64,000 bases of DNA, taken from positions 201,949-265,948 of the forward strand of contig OZ287698.1 in assembly GCA_965649825.1 (NCBI GenBank), read 5' to 3'. Both the position numbers and the translations under genes were made by a program. The stretch's first letter is position 1, and the number at the start of each line of letters is the position of its first letter. Of the stretch, positions 56,614 to 64,000 are shown one piece after another. The DNA comes from Penicillus capitatus (Eukaryota > Plantae > Chlorophyta). The notes beneath the pieces are model-generated. The model made no database searches. It was not told the DNA's origin and saw only the letters and a list, made by a program, of their open reading frames with translations.

Positions 56614-59600
56614 ATGAGAGTTCTGTACTTTCTTTCAGGCGTTGCGACGCAAAGGTGAGAGTATTCCACGTCGCCTCTGCGTCGATTCATCTTCAAAGGT
56701 GACCTCAAAAAATCGCTGAGAGTACAGGTTGCAACACTGCTTGCAACAGATATCTGCTTATCTGAACGCGGCTAAGACGTCTTCCACCCGCGCTCCTCGT
56801 CTTTGTCGGGACTGGAAAGCACCGGATATCTTCTTCAACGGATTTGAATGGGAATGGGTTTTGTGCGTTGAATCCCAACAGCAGAGGGCAACGATCACCA
56901 AGAACTGGGACTGGGTCGCATCACGTCGAGCATTTTTCCGTCGAGCACAATGGCCTCGTTCGCCGACGACTGTTTCCCAGCGCGTACATGTGTGTATTGT
57001 TGTTCATCCGGTTTTTTTCTTCAGTTCTTTGTTAAGGGCGACTCCGAAGAGATCTACCAGCTCGAGGTTGAGGGACATGGTTTGGTTCAGATCCTTCGAG
57101 AAGGAGAGTGCTTTGCGTGGCGGATTTCGGAGAAATTGGGATTGTTCTCAAGGACTTTAACAGTTCCGCTCTATTGCAGGGATCTCTGCAACCCGGATAA
57201 AGCGATGCGAGATCTGGCCCGTCTGTCGCCGAGTGTTATACGTCGTCGTGTTCGCCTCGTGTCTGATCGAAATCACGGCATTGATCCATTTATCTTCGTG
57301 GGCGATCTCGGGCTCCTGGGTGGCGGAGACAGAGAACCTCCGTCTACCTTTGATGCGTATGGATATCAAACTGCCGCCCAATGCAGCACTTCTGGTTCGA
57401 TGACACGAAGAGCCCTGACTCGTACAGGGAGTTCACTGATCCGGAGGATCTTTGCTGAAAGAGACTACAAGAGTCTGGAAGAATTGGTGACGGCATTCGA
57501 CAAAGAAGACGTCCCCGAACATAAACTCGGCTTGGGAGAGCTGATACGGAAAGTCATCTGCTCCTTCAATGACATGCACGTTAGAGCAGTGACAAACAAT
57601 CGAGGAGAGGCGGTTCGAGAGTATTTTGCTCTGTGTAAGCTGGACAGTGCGGGTGATGAGCATCTGCTTTTGCTCAAGGACTTCTTCGACGGTCTTCGAG
57701 ATAAACTGTATAGTGACGTTCTGAACAACAGACATCTAATGGAGGCAATTGAACATACGCTTCAAAGTGTCGACAACGAAGTGTTCGAAGACGATCCGAG
57801 CTGTCTTGTTCACCTCGTGCAGTTTCTACTGGAAGTGTTTGATCCGGAGAGAACGAGCTTTTCCAGAGAAATGTTCCCCGTGCAATGCAGCGCGATGCAT
57901 GCTTTGCATCAAAGTGTGAGAATCCTTCATGACATTAGTTCGAGCAGTTGGGATCCGAACAAGTTTGAAGGACCTTACGTCAAGTTCAAAGACTGGTGTC
58001 AAAGAGTGATCGATGCTGCTGAGCATTATCCAGTAAAGTATCACGCAAAGCTGTTGCAGCAGAGTTTGACATTATTGCAATCATCTAAGCGAGGCACCCG
58101 GCACGCAAATAATGCAAGGCGCATTGCAAACCTTCTCTATGGGGAGGTCGGAGTTTACCAAATGGTGCGAAAGGCCATCCTTCTCGACTTCGATCTGGGA
58201 AATGCAGAAATGACCGTGAGGGCATTAGAGCAAGCAAAACAAAACAGAATCATCCACGAGGCGCAATGGCATAAGTACCTTCATGCCTTGGATGTTGCGC
58301 GTTTCGCTGCCATAGAAGATCCATTAGCGTTTGAAATGTTTAACAACCTCCTCTTCACTCTTGTGCTCGAGGAAAAGGGCTCAGACCGTGAACAATGCAA
58401 GATCACGAGGTTCGCTGTGGTGGAGATGCTGTATAGCCTCGCTATCCACGGGAAGGATGGCGCGGTCCGTAAAATAAGTTGCGAGATTCTCTCAAGCCTT
58501 GTCGAACAAACAGATGAGTGGGACTGGTTAAGCGATCCCGATCTTTTTCAAGAGCTGCTCGAAAACCTTTCAGAGCTGAGCTTCCGGGGCTACGAAGAGG
58601 AAAGGCGCAAAGCACACAGCGCCATAGACAAACTGGCGGCAAATGTACAAGGCGCAAAATGCGAACAAGTGTTATCTAAGTGGCTGGAAGAGAAAAACAT
58701 TCATCAAGGCATCCAGCAAATCTCGTCCGCCCAAGAGGGGGCAGTGGTGAGCAACAGACTTTTTTATCAAGTGTGGAAGAGTGTGAAGAGCGCGTTGTCT
58801 CGTGCGGAATCCGAAGCCCGTCGACCGACGAAACACCATGGTTTGTTTTCACCTCTTGTTGTTCACTATTTCGCCGGGAGGAAAATCGAATACAACGAAC
58901 TAGTCAATGTGTTCGAATTGAGCAGCGAGTCGGTGGTCGTAAAGACAATAGTTGGCCCGGGTGGGATAGGAAAATCTCAACTCGCGGCAAAGGTGTTCGA
59001 ACATCTCAAGAGCACGAGCAACTATGTCGACGATTTTTGGATCCCTTCCGACTCCGAGGAGGGCCTCTCAGCTGCTTTCTTGCAGATCGCAGAATACCTA
59101 GAACTCCCGACAGACACCGAAATTCCAAAGATTGTGAGACATATTCAAGAAGAGCTTCGAGAATCGCTTTGTCTCTATGTCTTCGACGATGTATCGGATC
59201 TCGATATGATTCGCAAATATCTTCCCCAAACAAACGGACATGTCATTGTCACGACGAGAGATGGCGGAGCACGAGACTGGGAAGGAAGTATAGTTCGACT
59301 GGAGCCGTTTAACAAGCTCGAGGCGCAAGATCTAGCTGGCAGATTCGGATATGGAGGATCTTCCGACGGGAAGGTTTTAGAGGAATTATTTGATTTATTG
59401 CCTCGGGTTCCGCTTGCCCTTACACAGTTCTTTTCGATGATGAAGCATGAAGAATTGAGCCCTGCAGAGTGGCTAGATCGGGTGCAGCGCTACGACGCCA
59501 CAAAAAGGGAAGTCGAGGTGATCGAAATGCTGTCTGCGAAACATGATGGTGAGGGAGCTAGCGGGATGGTTTTCGTATTCAACTCAAGCATGAGAAGAAT

Positions 59601-61596
59601 TTCAGAAGCGCCCAACGACTTGGGAGCACATTCGATCGATCTTCTCACTAAGTTAGCACTACTCGACCCAAATGGGGTGCCCATCGAAATGATGTATAAA
59701 TGGTACGGATGCGAGGACCTGCAATCAAGAACAAGGACTCGAAAATCTGTGAGGCTCCTTGAACGCTTCTCTCATGTCTCATGGAATAGAGAGAAGAATC
59801 AAATCTTCATACACGCAGAGACGCAACTTCTAGCAAGACACGTCCTTTTAGATATCGGAGTAAATATCTCTGATCAAGAGGAGAGTGGAGAACAGACGAA
59901 AAAAAACGTTAAGAGCCATATCAACAGCATAGTTCAATCGATCGAACAATACATTGGCGATTGGAGAATGGACCGTTTGAACCGAGAATTATGGACTTTG
60001 CTTGCACAGAACACAATTTCATTGCTTAGACATTGCGAAAAGCAGAAGGGTGTCGACTTGGGATTCAAACTAATCAAACACATATCAACGGCCTATGGGA
60101 AAATGTGCATGTTCCGTGAATCACTCTTATACACACAAAGAGCGTTCAAAATGTGTGAGCGCCTTCACGGTGAGGCCGATCACGCAGACCTTGTTGACTG
60201 CATGAGGAACTATGCCATTGGGCTCGCAAGAACGGGAAGAGACAACGAAGCCTTGCCGCTCTACAAGAGAGCTGTAGAGATGTGCGAACGCCTTCATGGT
60301 GGCGCGGATCATTCGGATCTTGTTGCTTGCATTAAGAGCTATTCCGTCGGACTCGAACGAACCGGAAAAGACATCGAAGCTTTGCATCTCTACAAGAGGG
60401 CTCTCGAGATGAGTGGACGAATTTGCGGTGGCGCGGATAACCCCGACCTCATTGATTGCATTAAGAACTGCGCTATCAGTCTAGCAAGATTAGGAAAAGA
60501 CAACGAAGCTCTGCCGCTTTATAAGAGAGCTCTCGAGATGTGTGAACGCCTTTACGGCAATGTGGATCATCCGGACCTTGTCGATTGTATCAGAAACTAT
60601 TCCGCAGGACTCGCAAGAGCGGGAAGAGATAATGAAGCTTTACCGTTTGACGAGAAAGCCCTCAAGATGTGCGAGCGCCTTCACGGTGTTGCGGATCATC
60701 CAGACCTTGTCGCCTGCATCAGGAACTATGCCTTGGGACTTGAACGATCAGGAAAAGACAACGAAGCGTTGCCTCTCTATAAGAGGGCTCTCGAGATGTG
60801 CACGCGCCTTCACGGCAACACGAATCATCCAGATCTTGTAGATTGCATTAAGAGTTACTCTATCGGACTTGCAAGAACGGGAAGAGAAAAAGAAGCCTTG
60901 CCATTTCGCAAAAGAGCGCTTGAGATGTGCGAACAATTGCATGGTGATGCGAGTCATATGGATTTCGTCGCATGTATCAGAAATTATGCCATCGGACTCA
61001 CAAGAACAGGAAGGGATGACGAAGCTCTGTCGCTCTATAAAAGGGCACTCGAGATGTCTGAGCGGCTCCATGGGAATGATGACCATCCAGACCTTGTCAC
61101 TTGTATCAGAAATTATGCCGTTGGTCTCAAACGAAAAGGAAGGCACAGCGAAGCTTTACCGTTGCACAAAAGAGCACTCGAGATGTGTGAGCGCCTTCAT
61201 GGCAACACGGATCATCCAGACCTTGTTGATTGCATTAGAAGTTATGCCATCGGACTTTCAAGAACGGGGCGAGAAGGCGAAGCTTTGCCACTTCGCAAGA
61301 GAGCTCTCGTGATGTGTGAGCGTCTCTACGGCGACGTGGATCATCCAAACCTCGTCGCTTGCATGAGGAACTACGCTATTGGCCTCGAACGATCGGAAAG
61401 TAACAACGAAGCTCTCGTGCTCCTCAAGCGGGCTTTCGAGATGTGCAAGCGTCTCCACGGTGACACGGATCATCCTGATCTCGTGGCTTGCATCAAGAGC
61501 TACGCCATCGGACTTGCAAAAGCGGAAAGGGACGATGAAGCATTGTCGTATTCGAAAAGGGCAAAGGAAATGCTTGAACGACTTGGTAACGAATGA
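56614..61596 (+). CDS. NLR-like STAND protein: helical/ARM-like N-terminus, NB-ARC domain and 11+ TPR repeats
   Basis: Walker A IVGPGGIGKS, Walker B CLYVFDDV, GHVIVTTRD and GLPL-like RVPLAL, then eleven 43-aa repeats (EALPLYKRALEMCERLHG..DHPDLV.CI..Y..GL.R.G). The 56950-61596 ORF is certain; two short 5' exons from ATG 56614 are inferred. Confidence 0.92.
60118..61590 (+). repeat. 129-bp-unit coding tandem array (TPR domain)
   Basis: Eleven full units and one partial unit, recognisable at DNA level (for example ...AAGAGxGCTCTCGAGATGTG...CGCCTTCAxGG). Confidence 0.9.
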
Positions 61597-62885
61597 AATT
61601 TTGGATTTACTCTTAATTAATCTCCATTTCCTTTCCGTCTAAGATTAAAGAGTCTTGTGCTTGAATTTCTGCGTCGAGAGGGATGCGTGACTTAATTTAA
61701 TGACCACATGCGAACTTGTTATTAAATACTTCCGTCAGAGACGGGCATGTAACGCAGGCAGGTTGAATACAGAGAGCGTTTAATAACCGATCGGGATCCT
61801 TTCTGGACTCTATTGACGATGTCGTCTCGAAAGGTAGGTAGGTGCCAGAGACCGGTCGGTCCATTAGCCAACGATAGTTCCGCTGACGTTGTTAAATGTA
61901 TAGTGTTCTTCTTATTTGATGACATGGTTTGTATCGAATGACGTCTTCCATGTGACTAACGAGCCTGTCAGATGAGCTTATCTCAAAGAACCTCTTGTTA
62001 AGTCACTTCTTTATGATGCGACAAAGCCTATCCTGACTAATAATAGTTAAACCTTACATTAGGTGATGTAGCCAAGCTGCTTCTTTTGTTAATTGCGAGT
62101 AACACGCAACTCCTCTGTTGCCTATTCTTATTTTTTCCGTCAGAAGAAGATCAATGACGATGACTTTGTGGTGTATAACAAGAAAACAGCGCATACATAC
62201 ATGTTACCCTTTCGATTTCCTCATCTGTCGGCCATCCATCGACCGCTTTCTTTTTCTTGCTGCTGCGATATGCGGACTTACGATCTTGCCAGATCGCTCG
62301 GTGAATTCATTCCTGACTTTTCACTCTGCTCTCGGTTGCCTTTCTCTATTTCCCTGGGGGTAAAATTCTACTTGTAGTCAAATCGACGTCGCTATCCATT
62401 GTTCATGCCAAGAAGCATCACTGAATCCAAATCTTAATGAGACACCACATTCGATGACGATCGACGCAACGTGAACTTCGCCGTCAGAGATCGCTCATGT
62501 CAGTACGAGATTGATCCGATGGGTCCATTAAAATCGAGTTCTGTGTGTTGCCTTTTATCGAAAATGGACAGCAGTTCATCCCACAGCTTCAAAGTGCTCA
62601 ATGCCATATGCTAGACTGCACAAAAAAGAAAACAGACAGACAAAGACCGATTTTCCCCCACTTCAAAACCACGGTGACGCACTTTTATCTACACTGCATG
62701 CTACGACCGTCTAAACTGCAGACCAGTTACCGATCATCTACAGGAACCGTCTCACAGGAGAGACAAGATGGATTTGCAAGCAATGGAAGAAAGCTATAAG
62801 CTAACATGTGTCAAGAAGAAATGAAATGTGCAGAATTACAAGAATGAGAACCAATCCATCCATGTACGAAAGAAAAATTGGTGTT

Positions 62886-64000
62886 TTAAGCTTGAGAGTC
62901 AGATTGGTTCGCAAGTTCGAATTCTTTCAGGTTTTTCTCTGTACTAGCGCTGTGCGGCGGCTCTTCTTTCTTTGGAGTCTGTGCCGTGACAACAATGACT
63001 GAGATAACAATGATTCCGGCGCCCACACTCGAAATCGGCGATACGCTTTCGGACAGGAACACCATTCCAACAATGCCAGAAAGCAGCATGTTTGTCATGT
63101 AGAGGGATGTGACTTTCGTGGGCGGTCCGATTTGCAAAGCACGAGTTGAAGCGAGTTGAAGGCCAATGCCAAGCAGGCACGTGGCACCGTAGCACAACAG
63201 ATCCAATCTCGAATGCGTTAGACTGATCGGCATCGGAAATCGCGTAACTAAAAAAGGAATGCTCAAGAAAAAACAAAATAGATGCATGTATGTCGTAAAC
63301 ACGATGGTGGGCACGCTCTTACCAATATACCTTCAACACAGACGGTCTTTAGAGAAGGGGAGAACGGAGCGAGGACTTACCGTATGAGAATAAAAGTACA
63401 AGCCATGAAGATGTTGGTCACGATTCCGGCACCGACGCCCAGAATGCGGGTCGTATCCCATTCGCTATCATCTCCGAAGAGAAAAGGAGGCTGCGCGACA
63501 AGAGCATTGCCAATAACGCAGCCACCGACTCCGAACCAAGAAAGGAACCCCAGACGCTCCATCCCAAACGCCCAGGACAGCAGAGACGTCGTCACTACAT
63601 CCACCCATCCACGCCTGTCATCACGAAGATCGGGTCGGGGTTACCGGGATAGCTGTTTGCAATGAAGGACGAAATGGAGAGTGGCAATGCGTATGTGCTC
63701 ATTGCCAGCCCAAAGAAAGCAATGGCTCCAAAAATACCACGCAGGAGAAAGAGGGGGACGAGGTGCCGAGGCTCGATCAGCGATATTCCTTTCCACCAAC
63801 ATGTGCCCAGAAGGACGATTGAGCAGAAGCAGGAACGTATCGCCGTGATTTGAAAGACTGAGACACGAGCGGACAAGATCTTGATGCAGGTGACGTTCAA
63901 AGCGACCCCAAGGGCAGCCGTCAAAATCAGGAGGACATAGTTGTCGAGGTAGAACCTACCACCACCACCGCAAACCCTCCGTTCAGTGCCGGATGCATGA
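62886..64000 (-). CDS. EamA / DMT (SLC35G-like) transporter, 5' end outside the window
   Basis: VSVFQITAIRS, LFLLRGIFGAIAF, YALPLSISSFI, LVAQPPFLFG and RALQIGPPTKVTSLYMTNMLLSGIVGMVFLSE; stop at 62886. Confidence 0.88.

Noticed and set aside
58442-61642. Multiple antisense and alternate-frame ORFs over the NB-ARC/TPR gene
   Set aside because: They are shadows of the long coding frame and its 129-bp repeats.
61600-62880. Short ORFs between the NB-ARC gene and the EamA gene
   Set aside because: AT-rich spacer with no motifs, terminal repeats or splice-supported model.

Overview
Eukaryotic nuclear DNA from a compact green-algal (chlorophyte) genome. It uses the standard genetic code and has many short (about 35-80 nt) GT-AG introns. 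Plastid-type genes (FKBP19, RETICULATA-related, mTERF, DUF212) show it is a photosynthetic green lineage; a siphonous, Bryopsidales-like ulvophyte is my inference, not proven. The window has two compartments. From about 2.4 to 30.8 kb it holds tightly packed housekeeping genes: ENGase, histidine phosphatase, FKBP19, TatD, RER, SAP18, COX10, GATA, MMS19, EAPP, DUF212, succinyl-CoA ligase beta, DSK2, IMPACT, mTERF and RPA32, with some neighbours only 4-75 bp apart. From about 30 to 62 kb it is a dynamic accessory region. That region contains a 2.4-kb inverted duplication duplicating RPA32, a Pmp-repeat multi-TM receptor-like gene, a truncated LINE, two mosaic F-box/LRR paralogs, a protein with tandem degenerate WRN-type exonuclease domains, a SnRK2-derived pseudokinase, a complete very young TRIM retroelement with a tRNA-like internal segment, and a large NB-ARC/TPR NLR-like gene. 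The least explained signal is a short motif (TCTCAC[T/A]CTTTT and its reverse complement) that recurs in introns in both orientations. In three genes it forms complementary pairs bracketing an 89-93 nt exon. Donor sites are also frequently GTC. All gene models were spliced by eye; start codons and some exon boundaries are inferred.
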